From: Eledone cirrhosa | Lineage: Eukaryota | Assembly (NCBI GenBank): GCA_964016885.1 | Contig: OZ024744.1 | Coordinates: forward strand, 50,220,001-50,284,000 | Reading direction: 5' to 3' | DNA: 64,000 nucleotides | In this document: positions 48,521 through 60,959 of the stretch, piece after piece | Position numbering within the stretch: the first letter of the stretch is position 1 | Layout: each line of letters opens with the position of its first letter | Position numbers and translations under genes: made by a program | Notes under the pieces: generated by a model | Database searches by the model: none | Told to the model about the DNA's origin: nothing | The model's input: the letters and a program-made list of their open reading frames with translations, nothing else

Positions 48521-51500
48521 CAATACAAAACCTGTCAGTCTACCATACAATATCTGTCAGTCTACCATACAATATCTGTCAGTCTACCATACTATATCTG
48601 TCAGTCTACCATACAATATCTGTCAGTCTACCATACTATACTGTCAGTCTACCACACAATACCTGTCAGTCTACCATACAATATCTGTCAGTCTACCATA
48701 CAATATCTGTCAGTCTACCATACTATACCTCTCAGTCTACCATAAATCTATCTGTCAGTCTACCATACTATACTGTCAGTCTACCATACAATATCTGTCA
48801 ATCTACCATACAATATCTGTCAGTCTACCATACTATACTGTCAGTCTACCATACAATACCTGTCAGTTTACCATACAATATCTGTCAGTCTACCATACTA
48901 TACTGTCAGTCTACCATACCATATCTGTCAGTCTACCATACTATACCTGTCAGTCTACCATACTATATCTGTCAGTCTACCATACTATATCGGTCAGTCT
49001 ACCATACTATACCTGTCAGTCTACCATACTATATCTGTCAGTCTACCATATTATATCTGTCAGTCTACCATTCAATATCTGTCAGTCTACCATACAATAT
49101 CTGTCAGTCTACTATACAATAAATGTCAATATACCATACAATATCTGTCAGTCTACCATACTATACTGTCAGTCTACCATACTATATCTGTCAGTCTACC
49201 ATACTATATCTGTCAATCTACCATACAATATATGTCAGTCTACCATGCTATACCTGTCAGTCTACAATACAATATCTGTCAGTCTACCATACAATATCTG
49301 TCAGTGTACCATACAATATATGTCAGTCTACCATACTATATCTGTCAGTCTACCATACAATATCTGTCAGTCTACCATACAATATCTGTCAGTCTACCAT
49401 ACAATATCTGTCAATCTACCATACAATATCTGTCAGTGTACCATACAATATCTGTCAGTCTACCATACTATATCGGTCAGTCTACCATACTATACCTGTC
49501 AGTCTACCATACTATATCTGTCAGTCTACCATATTATATCTGTCAGTCTACCATTCAATATCTGTCAGTCTACCATACAATATCTGTCAGTCTACTATAC
49601 AATAAATGTCAATATACCATACAATATCTGTCAGTCTACCATACTATACTGTCAGTCTACCATACTATATCTGTCAGTCTACCATACTATATCTGTCAAT
49701 CTACCATACAATATATGTCAGTCTACCATGCTATACCTGTCAGTCTACAATACAATATCTGTCAGTCTACCATACAATATCTGTCAGTGTACCATACAAT
49801 ATATGTCAGTCTACCATACTATATCTGTCAGTCTACCATACAATATCTGTCAGTCTACCATACAATATCTGTCAGTCTACCATACAATATCTGTCAATCT
49901 ACCATACAATATCTGTCAATCTACCATACAATATCTGTCAGTCTACCATACAATATCTGTCAGTCTACCATACAATATCTGTCAGTCTACCATACTATAT
50001 CTGTCAGTCTACCATATTATATCTGTCAGTCTACCCTACTATACGGTCAATCTACCATACTATATCTGTCAGTCTACCATACAATACCTGTCAGTCTACC
50101 ATACTATATCTGTCAGTCTACCATACTATACTGTCAGTCTACCATACTATATCTGTCAGTCTACCATACTATATCTGTCAGTCTACCATACAATAACTAT
50201 CAGTCTACCATACAATATCTGTCAGTGTACCATACAATATATGTCAGTCTACCATACAATATCTGTCAATCTACCATACAATATCTGTCAGTCTACCATA
50301 CAATATCTGTCAGTCTACCATACAATATCTGTCAGTCTACCATACTATATCTGTCAGTCTACCATACTATATCTGTCAGTCTACCCTACTATACTGTCAA
50401 TCTACCATACTATATCTGTCAGTCTACCATACTATATCTGTCAGTCTACCATACAATACCTGTCAGTCTACCATACTATATCTGTCAGTCTACCATACTA
50501 TACCTGTCAGTCTACCATACTATATCTGTCAGTCTACCATACTATATCTGTCAGTCTACCATACAATAACTATCAGTCTACCATACTATATCTGTCAGTC
50601 TACCATACTATATCTGTCAGTCTACCATACAATACCTTTCAGTCTACCATACTATATCTGTCAGTCTACCATACAATACCTGTCAGTCTACCATACAATA
50701 CTGTCAGTCTATCATACAATACCTGTCAGTCTACCATACTATATCTCTCAGTTTACCATACTATATCTGTCAGTCTACCATACTATACCTGTCAGTCTAC
50801 CATACTATACTGTCAATCTACCATACTATATCTGTCAGTCTACCATACAATTTCTGTCAGTCTACCATACAATATCTGTCAGTCTACCATACAATACCTG
50901 TTAGTCTACCATACAATACCTGTTAGTCTACCATACAATACCTGTTAGTCTACCATACAATACCTGTCAGTCCACCATACAATACCCGTCAGTCTACCAT
51001 ACTATACCTGTCAGTCTACCATATAATATCTGTCAGTCTACCATACAATATCTGTCAGTCTACCATACTATATCTGTCAGTCTACCATACTTTATCGGTC
51101 AGTCTACCATACTATATCTGTCAGTCTACAATACTATATCTGTCAGTCTACCATACAATACCTGTCAGTATACCATACTTTACCTGTCAGTCTACCATAC
51201 TATACTGGCAGTCTACCATACTATATCTGTCAGTCTACCATACTATACCTGTCAGTCTACCATACTATATCTGTCAGTCTACCATACAATACCATTCAGT
51301 CTACCATACTATATCGGTCAGTCTACCATACTATATCGGTCAGTCTACCATACTATATCTGTCAGTCTACCATACTATATATGTCAGTCTACCATACAAT
51401 ACCTGTCAGTCTACCATACTATATCTGTCAGTCTACCATACAATACCTGTCCCTCTACCATACTATATCTGTCAGTCTACCATACAATACCTGTCAGTCT

Positions 51501-52845
51501 ACCATACTATATCTGTCAGTCTACCATACTATATCTGTCAGTCTACCATACTATACCTGTCAGTCTACCATACTATATCTGTCAGTCTACCATACAATAC
51601 CTGTCAGTCTACCATACAATACCTGTTAGTCTACCATACAATACCTGTCAGTCTACCATACAATACCTGTTAGTCTACCATACAATACCTGTCAGTCTAC
51701 CATACAATACCTGTCAATCTACCTTACTGTATCTGTCAGTCTACCATACAATACCTGTCAGTCTACCATACTATACCTGTTAGTCTACCATACTATACCT
51801 GTTAGTCTACCATACAATACCTCTCAGTCTACCATACAATACCTGTCAATCTACCTTACTGTATCTGTCAGTCTACCATACAATACCTGTTAGTCTACCA
51901 TACTATACCTGTTAGTCTACCATACAATACCTGTCAGTCTACCATACAATACCTGTCCGTCGACCATACAATACCTGTCAGTCTACCATACTATATCTGT
52001 CAGTCTACCATACTATATCTGTCAGTCTACCATACAATACCTGTTAGTCTACCATACAATATCTGTCAGTCTACCATACAATACCTGTCAGTCTACCATA
52101 CAATACCTGTCAGTCTACCATACTATACTGTCAGTCTACCATACAATACCTGTCAGTCTACCATACAATACCTGTCAGTCTACCATACAATACCTGTCAG
52201 TCCACCATACTATACTGTCAGTCTACCATACAATACCTGTTAGTCTACCATACAATACCTGTCAGTCTACCATACAATACCTGTCAGTCTACCATACAAT
52301 ACCTGTCAGTCTACCATACAATACCTGTCAGTCTACCATACTATACTGTCAGTCTACCATACAATACCTGTCAGTCTACCATACTATATCTGTCAGTCTA
52401 CCATACAATACCTGTCAGTCTACCATACTATACTGTCAGTCTACCATACAATACCTGTCAGTCTACCATACTATATCTGTCAGTCTACCATACTATATCT
52501 GTCTGTCTACCATACAATACCTGTCAGTCCACCATACTATACTGTCAGTCTACCATACAATACCTGTTAGTCTACCATACAATACCTGTCAGTCTACCAT
52601 ACAATACCTGTCAGTCTACCATACAATACCTGTCAGTCTACCATACTATATCTGTCAGTCTACCATACTATATCTGTCTGTCTACCATACAATATTTGTC
52701 AGTCTACCATACAATACCTGTCAGTCTACCATACTATACTGTCAGTGTACCATACAATACCTGTCCGTCTACCATACAATACCTGTCCATCTACCATACA
52801 ATACCTGTCCATCTACCATACAATACCTGTCCATCTACCATACAA
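48521..52845. repeat. 22-bp tandem satellite (~195 units), intronic
   Basis: Unit ctgtcagtctaccatac(a/t)ata(t/c) with 21-bp variants. Confidence 0.97.
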
Positions 52846-52934
52846 CGTTATTAAATCATTCATTTTTTCTTTTCTGAAAGCAAACATGAATTTTGAATGA
52901 TTTAGTGATATTAATGATCTAACTAATTTTCTCC

Positions 52935-55200
52935 ATCATCATTATTATTTTGCATCCACTTTTCCATGCTTGGATGGGTTAGACAGGCTCCAACCAGCAC
53001 AGCATCCCACTTACAGTACTGCTTCATCATCTCCACTGTGGAGACTGAGGTTAAGCCTTTTGTGTTCAACTGTAACCACCTTTGCCCATGTTTTCCTTTT
53101 TCTTCATCTTCTGTAGCTTCCTTCCGCTGGCATCACCTGCCTCATCTTCAACCACAGTTCCTCTTCACATGTCCAAACCAGCAATGTTTTCTCTCTTGCA
53201 CACTACAACTGATGCCTCTTATATCCAACTTTTCTCTCCATTCATCTATGGCAAACATTGAACATCCAAGCATTGCACATCCAGCAAAGCATGCTCATTT
53301 CTCTCCTACCACCTGATATCCTTTGCATTTATTGCTCATGTTTCACTACCATTCAACATTACCCTTCTCATACTGGCATCATTCAATCTACCCTTTGCTC
53401 ATAGAGAAAATCCCTTTATTGTCAACAGAAGTAGTAGCTCCCTAAACATTTTTCAGATTGTTCTTATTCTAGCTACTATGCTCTCCGTGCAACCTCCTCC
53501 ACTGCTAATTAGGTCACCTTAGTAGCAGAAGTTGTCAACTACTTCTATGGGTTGTTCCTGAAATTTGAAAACATTTATTTCACTGATGCTTTTACTACTA
53601 ACTTCTTCTGTGCATCTCCTTCATACAAAATCTATCTTTTCAATTAGTCTGTCAGCTATCTGACTACATATCTTGTGTACCCAAGATCTATGTTACATAC
53701 ATCATATAAAGTTCATTCAAACTCCTTTTCTACATATTGAGCAAAGCCACTTCTCTGATGGAACCAGAGTCCTGTCTTCTTTCCTACTTACAAAATCTTC
53801 TGTCTTTACTTGATTCTAAGTTTTGTTTCCACAATGGGAATTACTTCTTAAGCTCATTCACAGATTGGGCAGCTAGTCTTAAACTCCTCTTTTATGGCCT
53901 GGAGAACTACAAAAATCAGAAGTGGGCTGAGAACTGAACCCTAATGCACTCCTATCTTCTCTCCTGCTCACTAGCACTTGAGTTTTGTCTAAGTTTATTC
54001 TCAGATATTTTGATTCCAAATTCTGTTTCCATAGTCGGAAATTATTTTCTAGGTCTTTAATGAATTCGGCTATAAGGACCAGGTTATCTGCACAGAGAAG
54101 TTCCCATGGACAGCCAATTTAAACTCCTCTGTTTTGGCCTGGAGAACTATGATGAACAGCAAGAACAGTAAGAACCGAACATTGTTGAACTCCTACCTGT
54201 ACCTTTAATTCCTCCCTAGACTCACTTCCTACTCTCACTTTGCTGACAACTCCTCTGTACATGGCTTGCACTGCTCTCATCAGCCATTTTTCTACACCTA
54301 ATTTCCTTAAGTACCAACATATGAAAGATCATGACACCCTGTTAAAGGCCTTCTTCAGATCAACAAAAGCTTACACTTAGCCAGAAATTTCTCTGGTAGT
54401 TGTCTCACTAAAAAGGGCATCTATGGTTCTTCTCCCTGTACAAAATCAAATTGTACCTCATCTAATTTGTTGTGCTAAACCTCTTTTTTTTATTTTTCCA
54501 ACTTTCTTTACTTCTGAAGTTGCTCACTAGAGCATTTCTGTTGGTCCAACATCTTTACCATTTCCCATTTCTCTGATCACTTCTTTGATCCTATAACTGT
54601 CTATTTTGATAGCCATCCCTCTCTGTGAGTCTACAGTGGGTAATTCATTTTCCTCCCACTCATTTTTTACATTCATCGACCTCTCACTGTAGAATTTCCA
54701 GGTCTCTTTCTTCTATATATCAGTGAAGTTAAGTGTACCTGTATCATTTCAAACACACTTCTCACCAACAACATCCTGATTCACATTGAGACTTAGCTTC
54801 ACAATGCAGAACACTTCATGTCGTTGATCCTTTGTTGAAGCATATTAGCAAGCCTCTTTTTTTTTTTTCTTTCTACATGCAAATAAGCCTGTCATATATT
54901 TTCTCTTGGAATTCCCTTTTGCAGGCTTCAGTTTCCCAGTCTTTCCATGCCTGTTTCTAGGCTTTAATAGCTCTGCTGTTCTATCCCCAAGTCACCTTCA
55001 ATTTGGTTGGAGTCTTGTTCTAGACACAGATTCCACCAGTAACCTGAAGCAGATAGTCCATAGAATTTTTAGATGTTCTCTTTATCATAAACAATTGTTT
55101 TCTCCCACTTGTTATACATTTCACATACAGCTTTTATAAACATAAATTTAACAAAAAAGTCCTTAAGCTTCCATACTTTCTTCTCTTTCTCCATATATAC
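52935..55200 (-). mobile_element. Old, rearranged RTE copy
   Basis: Degenerate inverse matches to the RTE linker, RT and C-terminus. Confidence 0.8.
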
Positions 55201-55454
55201 CCTTCCTATATACATTTGTTTAGTATAACTTACCATGTATGTTTTCCCAGTATACATGTAGGCTATGGGTATGGTACAAGAAATGAGAAAGGGTCAAGGC
55301 TTATGGAGTTCTGCAATGGTCTTGATCTAAATATTTGCAACACAAACTACCTACCAATCAGGAGAGTATACAAGCCAAACAAATTTCATTCTCACCAGGA
55401 AATGACATAGGTGGATGGTTGTAAATGTTAAGTCCTTTTATTATTATTATTATT

Positions 55455-55770
55455 AAAATCCCGCCGAGGTTGACTTTGCCTTTCATCCTTACGGGGTCGA
55501 TAAAATAAAGTACGAGTAATGCACTCTGGGTAATTGCTGGCCTTGTGCCTAAAGTAGAAACAATTATTATTAAAATAAGGGCGGTGGATTGGCAGTATCG
55601 GTAGAGGGTCGGATGCCATGCTTAACAGCAAAGAGTTACAGCCCTTTATGGTCTGAGTTCAAATCCCACCGAGGTTAACTTTGCCTTTCATCCTTACAGG
55701 GTCGATAAAATAAAGTACACTGTGTTAATTGCTGGCCTTGTGCCAAAAGTAGAAACAATTATTATTATTA
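55455..55770 (+). mobile_element. Two SINE family A copies (partial and full)
   Basis: 55455-55570 and 55579-55770 match the 40680-40866 family. Confidence 0.87.
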
Positions 55771-55779
55771 AAATAATAA

Positions 55780-56200
55780 TAATAATGAAATTATTGTGAA
55801 CAGTGCTCAGGTGCACTACAACTCATCAAAGGTGCATGTATGGTACATAGAATAATGTACAAATGTCAGGAAAGTGAACAGTGTATGAATCATGATATAC
55901 ATGTGTGGAGAATATCAGGTGTAGTGTTGGCGAATTTCAGGAAGCATGGAGGTTTTAAAGGATGCAGTGTCTCGACAGCTAACAACTGATGCAGGCAGTT
56001 TGTTCCATGCTTCAGCAACTCTGAGCGTGAAAACATGTTTCCGAAAGTCATGGGAGCTGTGCTGTTTTCTGACTTTGTAGGTATGCCCACATGTGTTAGA
56101 CACATGGAATTCAAAAAGATGCTCAGGGTTGTTGTTGGCAAGAGGGTTAATAACAGAGAAAAAATATGAATTTCTATAGGATAACCTACTGGAAGCCACA
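55780..56200 (-). mobile_element. CR1/L2-type LINE 3' end
   Basis: NTCGHTYKV..FTLRVAEAWNKLPASVV..SFK. Confidence 0.8.
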
Positions 56201-56504
56201 AACTAAGTCTGTAGTTGGAATAAGGTCTCAGCAAGATGGAGGGTGATATGGTGATGGAATAATAAGGTAAATAGAGCCATAAAAAGACAAGCCTGGAGAC
56301 ACTAGAGGAAAGGGGGAAATGGAGTACTAAAAACAAAGACCAGGTGCCAGAAGAGAGGCAGAAAAGAAGAAGTTTGCACATGTCCTATATTACAAGGAAC
56401 AGAGGTGTAAAGACTTTAAGATTGTGAGACAGTATGCTAGAAAAAGTTGTGATGTAGTTGGGGAAAGGCATGTCTGAAATGATTGTGAAGCACTTGATCT
56501 GACT

Positions 56505-58010
56505 GATGCTATAATGAAAGAGGCATGGAAGGCTTACTATGAGAGACTGCTGAATGAAGAAAATAAATGGGACAGTGAGGCCCAATTACACATAGACCCA
56601 ATTAAAGGACTAGCCATAAAAGTTGACAGCAGTGTGATAGATAAAGCAATTAAAGATTTGAAAGTAGGGAAGGCAGCCAGATCATCTGGTTTAGTGGCTA
56701 AGATACTAAAAGTATCCAGTATGGTAGGTTACAAGCTAATCAGATGAATAATTAATCAAGTATTAAAGGATATTGTCATACCCAATGACTGGTGCAGCAG
56801 TATCATTGTGAATAGCTACAAAACAATTTAGAGAGAGGTAACTATAGAGGCATCAAGTTGATGGACCAGGTCATGAAAGTTGCTGAAATGGTTATAGTAC
56901 AAAACTAATTAAGAGCTGAGTTAAATTAGATGAAATGCAGTTTGGCTTTATGCCAGGTAGGAGTACTACTGATGCCCTCTTTCTTGTGAGACAACTACAG
57001 AAGTACTTGGCGAAGAGTAAAGCACTATAACTGACATTTGTAGATCTGGAGAAGACAGTCTCCTGCTCTGTAATATGGTGGGCACTTAGGAAGCTAGGTG
57101 TAGATGAATGGCTTGTGAGGGCTGAGCAAGTCATATATAAAGTCATCAACAAGGTGGGAATTGGCAATGAATATAGTGATGAATTAGATATACAGGTGAA
57201 GGTCCACCAGGGCTCAGTCATCAGACCACTTCTAATTATTATTGTCCTTCAGGCCATCATTGTGGAGTTTAAAACCGGCACTCCATGAGAACTTATGTAT
57301 GTGACGATCTTGTCCTTATAGGTAAATCTGATACCTCTGCAGACAATAAATGGCTTTTTTTTCAGAGTGGCGGATGAACTGAATGACGCTTGTGTACATA
57401 ATGCAATGTTACACAGCAGTGAAGCATGGGCCTTTATTGTTGAAGACCAAAGAAGGCTAAAAAGAAATTAAGCAAGTATATTCTGATGGATGTGTAATAT
57501 TAGTGTGCATAAGTATCATAGCATAAGAAAGTTGAGAGAAAAACTTGGTATAAGAGGAATTGGATCATCATCATCATCATCTCCGTTTTACATCCATTCT
57601 TCCACATTAGAATGGGTTAGACAGGTTGTCCTGTTGTGGGCAATGCCAGGTAGGGTTACCATGTCTTGTTGATACAGAACTGATTTTGGTTTGATTTCTA
57701 CAGCTGGATGCCCTTCCTAACACCAACCTTATTTACAGTGAGTACTGGGTGCTTTTTTACCGTGCTGCCTACATATAGTGTGCAAAAGAGAAGACAGTGT
57801 TAGTGTGTGATATGAATGAAATATGATAGCTGTATAAAGAAATACAAAGAAATCTCAGTGACTGGGGCGTAAAAAAAGCAGATCCAGGAAAATATGGTAT
57901 GAGGTTGTGAAGACTGACTTTAAGAAGCTGAACTATGCAATGGACAAAGGGACATGACTGATGACAAGTTATGCCATTTGGGAGAAGACCCACCTACCAG
58001 CATAAAATGT
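56505..58010 (+). mobile_element. Old RTE copy, with an inverted RTE tail inserted at ~57565-57765
   Basis: YERLLNEEN, RGNYRGIKL, EMQFGF, VHQGS motifs with many stops. Confidence 0.82.
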
Positions 58011-59182
58011 AACCTCACCCATCCCTGTGCTCCCCTCCACTAACACTCTCCAGTAACTCTGCTTACCATCACTCTACACCCCCCACTCTATCCATGCCCT
58101 CTCTACTATCACTCCTTAGTTAGTTACTCTCCACTATCACTCCTTAGTAGTTACTCTCTCCATCCTTGTGCAACCCTCACCCCCCCCCCCATCTTCCACT
58201 AACATTGCTTAGTTTTTCTCACCATCAGTTTACCTCCTCTCCAACCATCCCAATTCCTGACACTGGTAAATAGACCCTCCCTAGCTATCAAACACCCCAT
58301 CCAGGCTTCCACTCCACTCACCTCTTAGCTATTCTTACCATAATTATATCTTCACTCTAAAAATCCTGACATGCATGCAACTACTTACCCTATTCTATCA
58401 GAGGTCACCCTACTCTCATACTTATAACCCTGTCAAATACTACTATACTTATACTACACATCCATAAATTATACTTATATTCCTTCTCTCCCTTCCTCTG
58501 ACCCTCCCCCTCCCCCACCACAATCACCAAACAGAGAGGACTATTTAGTTAGGACAATAACCGACAACTTCCTCTCAAGCTTTGGGCCCATGAAAATGCA
58601 GCCAATAAGGTGATTAGTGAAAGAAACCATGGCAAAACAGATTGAGAGAGCACTGCATTTGTGTCAATGCATGACAAACACTAGTTTTGGTGACGTAAAT
58701 GATAAATGCACCCTATATACACTATAAAGTGGTTGGTGGTAGAAAAGAGATCCAGCTGTAGAAAGCTTGCCAAACAAAGAGTCAGGAGGACCTTTTATTT
58801 ATGTCAATGAAATGATAATTTCACTTGTGTTAATGGTCTACATAATAAAAGCACCCAGTACACATTGTAAAGTACTTGATGATAGGAAGGACACCCAGCT
58901 AAAGAAAGCTTGCCAAACAAAGGGTGTTGGGAGGATTCTTCAGCTGTTTCAAAGACTAGTACTGGTGTTATATTAAAATGCATTCGAAAGAGTATGGGAG
59001 TTTATGTTAATGAGATGTAATCCCTAGGCCCATCTAAGTGGTCAGTTGCTCTGATTTAGTACTGACTTTGTCTGTGAAGATTCATTCAGCTCTTGCTACC
59101 AGGGAAAACAAATATTAAATGATGATAATGATGATGATGATGAGGATGATAATGATGATGATACATGTGTGTGTGTACATAC

Positions 59183-59295
59183 CTTCGCCATTTTTAATTT
59201 ATTTGTATATTTGTCCATCAATCTTTTCACCATCTCTTTTTCCTTTTTGATTAACTCCACCACAATTGATGGATCAACTCCACCTGATGTTAACG
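59183..59295 (-). CDS. USP gene, internal exon
   Basis: tatatttcAG | xLTSGGVDPSIVVELIKKEKEMVKRLMDKYTNKLKMAK | GTATGT. 113 nt ending in phase 0, in frame with the exon starting at 48468; fits the USP central helix. Confidence 0.8.
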
Positions 59296-59600
59296 CTGAA
59301 ATATAGAATTATATACATATTCTTATGTGTGAGTGTGTATGCACCACAAACAAAAATGTGAACTTTTCTCTATATATGTGTATGTAAACCATGTTATATT
59401 TTTTCCCATATTCTTATTAATATACAATTTAATTTCATTATAATTTCCGTCGCATGAAGAAGCCTATAAACTGAAATCAGTACGAAAAATACGGAAATTC
59501 CTATTTTGTAAATAAATGTTTTTCTGTTATTCTGAGAGAAAATGCCTTTAGCATTTTCTACTGTTTTTTTCTTCATTATTATTATTATTATTATTATTAT

Positions 59601-60712
59601 TTGCATTTATCTTGCTTTATGTTCATACGAGTTATCACTAAGTCACAACCAGTGACCTCAAGAGACAACAAGGTCCGCCATGTTCAAGAAAGAACATACA
59701 TATTCACACATGCATCTTTAGTGTTTAGACTTGTGATGTACTTATATTGACAGGATCTTCCTTAGTATATGGGCAGTTCCCATTAGTACTATCTTTTGTA
59801 TTTCTCCTATACGCGGGTTTCCTGGGATTTGCGATAAGTAGTCGTTAGACCCCTTAGGTATCATTCCCAGAGCGCCTACAACCACTGGTATTGTTTTAGT
59901 TCTCAATTTCCACATTTTTCCAATTTCTATCTCCAGGTCCTTATACTTGCTCAATTTTTCAAATGTTTTTATAGATACATTCTTGTCTATTGGAACAGAC
60001 ATATCAATTAGCAGGCATACCCTCCTTTGAAAGTCCTTCAATATTATATCCGGTCTATTTGCATCTATTTTTCGGTCTGTTTGGATGCTAAAGTTCCACA
60101 AGATTGAGATGTGATCTTTTTCAAGTATGGGAGGTGGTTGATGCTCCCACCAATTCTTTTGATGGGGCAGGTCAAAATGCTTACACATTATCCAATGTAT
60201 GTATTGTGCAGCTCTGTCATGCCTGTTTAGGTATTCGGTTGGACCTATAGGACTGCACATTGAAATTATATGGTCAATGGTCTCTGGTTGTTTTTTGCAT
60301 ACACGGCATAATGGGCTGCACCCATTTTTTATTATGTTGGCTTGGTAATTTTTTGTTGGCAGACACTGATCTTGTGCCGATATAATCAGTCCTTCAGTCT
60401 CCGATTTCAGTCCAGAGGATGCCAACCACTGATGGGTTAAAGTTTTGTCAACATCAGGATTGTTAGCTCGCTCTGGGTATTTTCCATACAGAGGCTTTTC
60501 TTGCCATTTCTTAGCCAGTTTCTGTAGCAGTTCTTTCTTTGCAGTTACTTTTACCTGCTTTGCTTTTTCTGTGTTTTCCATTTCAGCAGTAAATGGGAGT
60601 TCTGAAATTTGTAGTCCATTACTGTATCTTTGTGCATCTTTTGTAATGGAATATGATCTTTTGGTGCTTTCGTGTTTCAAAACGAGTTTGATCATCCAAT
60701 CATGTGATTCCC
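59601..60712 (-). mobile_element. R4/Dong-clade non-LTR retrotransposon, 5'-truncated, inside (TAA)n
   Basis: ORF 59742-60695: LKSETEG..AQDQ, CRVC..ETIDHI..C, RHD, RPDI..D..K..KY, PVVVGALG. (ATT)n on both flanks. Confidence 0.88.
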
Positions 60713-60744
<32 letters not shown>

Positions 60745-60959
60745 GAATGCCATGGTTGACGGAGGCTCGGCTCTGTAAGGTATAGTAATTTTTAACCGTT
60801 AAAACAATTCTAAATTGTTTAAAACTTGAACCAAATTGTTGATAAAGACACCCTCCTCCTCGTGAGAGGGGTCTTTCTGTCCGTTATTTGGCCCTTCGGG
60901 GTTAAATAACCAGTTATTGGGGTTTTGTACCCAAAATTTCATTTTAAACAAAAAACAAC

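Noticed and set aside
48516-50948. 810-aa ORF and overlapping repetitive ORFs
   Set aside because: Translation of a stop-poor 22-bp satellite (22-aa period equals 3 units); open in several frames and antisense to a real intron.
48521-52845. CRISPR-like array
   Set aside because: Contiguous tandem units with no unique spacers, no cas genes, eukaryotic context.
55069-55257. Possible extra USP exon (EKEKKVWKLKD)
   Set aside because: Matches the RTE linker motif seen at ~40230 (RRIWKLKD); not host coding sequence.
60850-60880. HDV-like ribozyme suggested by TCCTCGT (resembles the R2 ribozyme L3 loop)
   Set aside because: P1, P2 and P3 could not be built; a simple hairpin explains the sequence.
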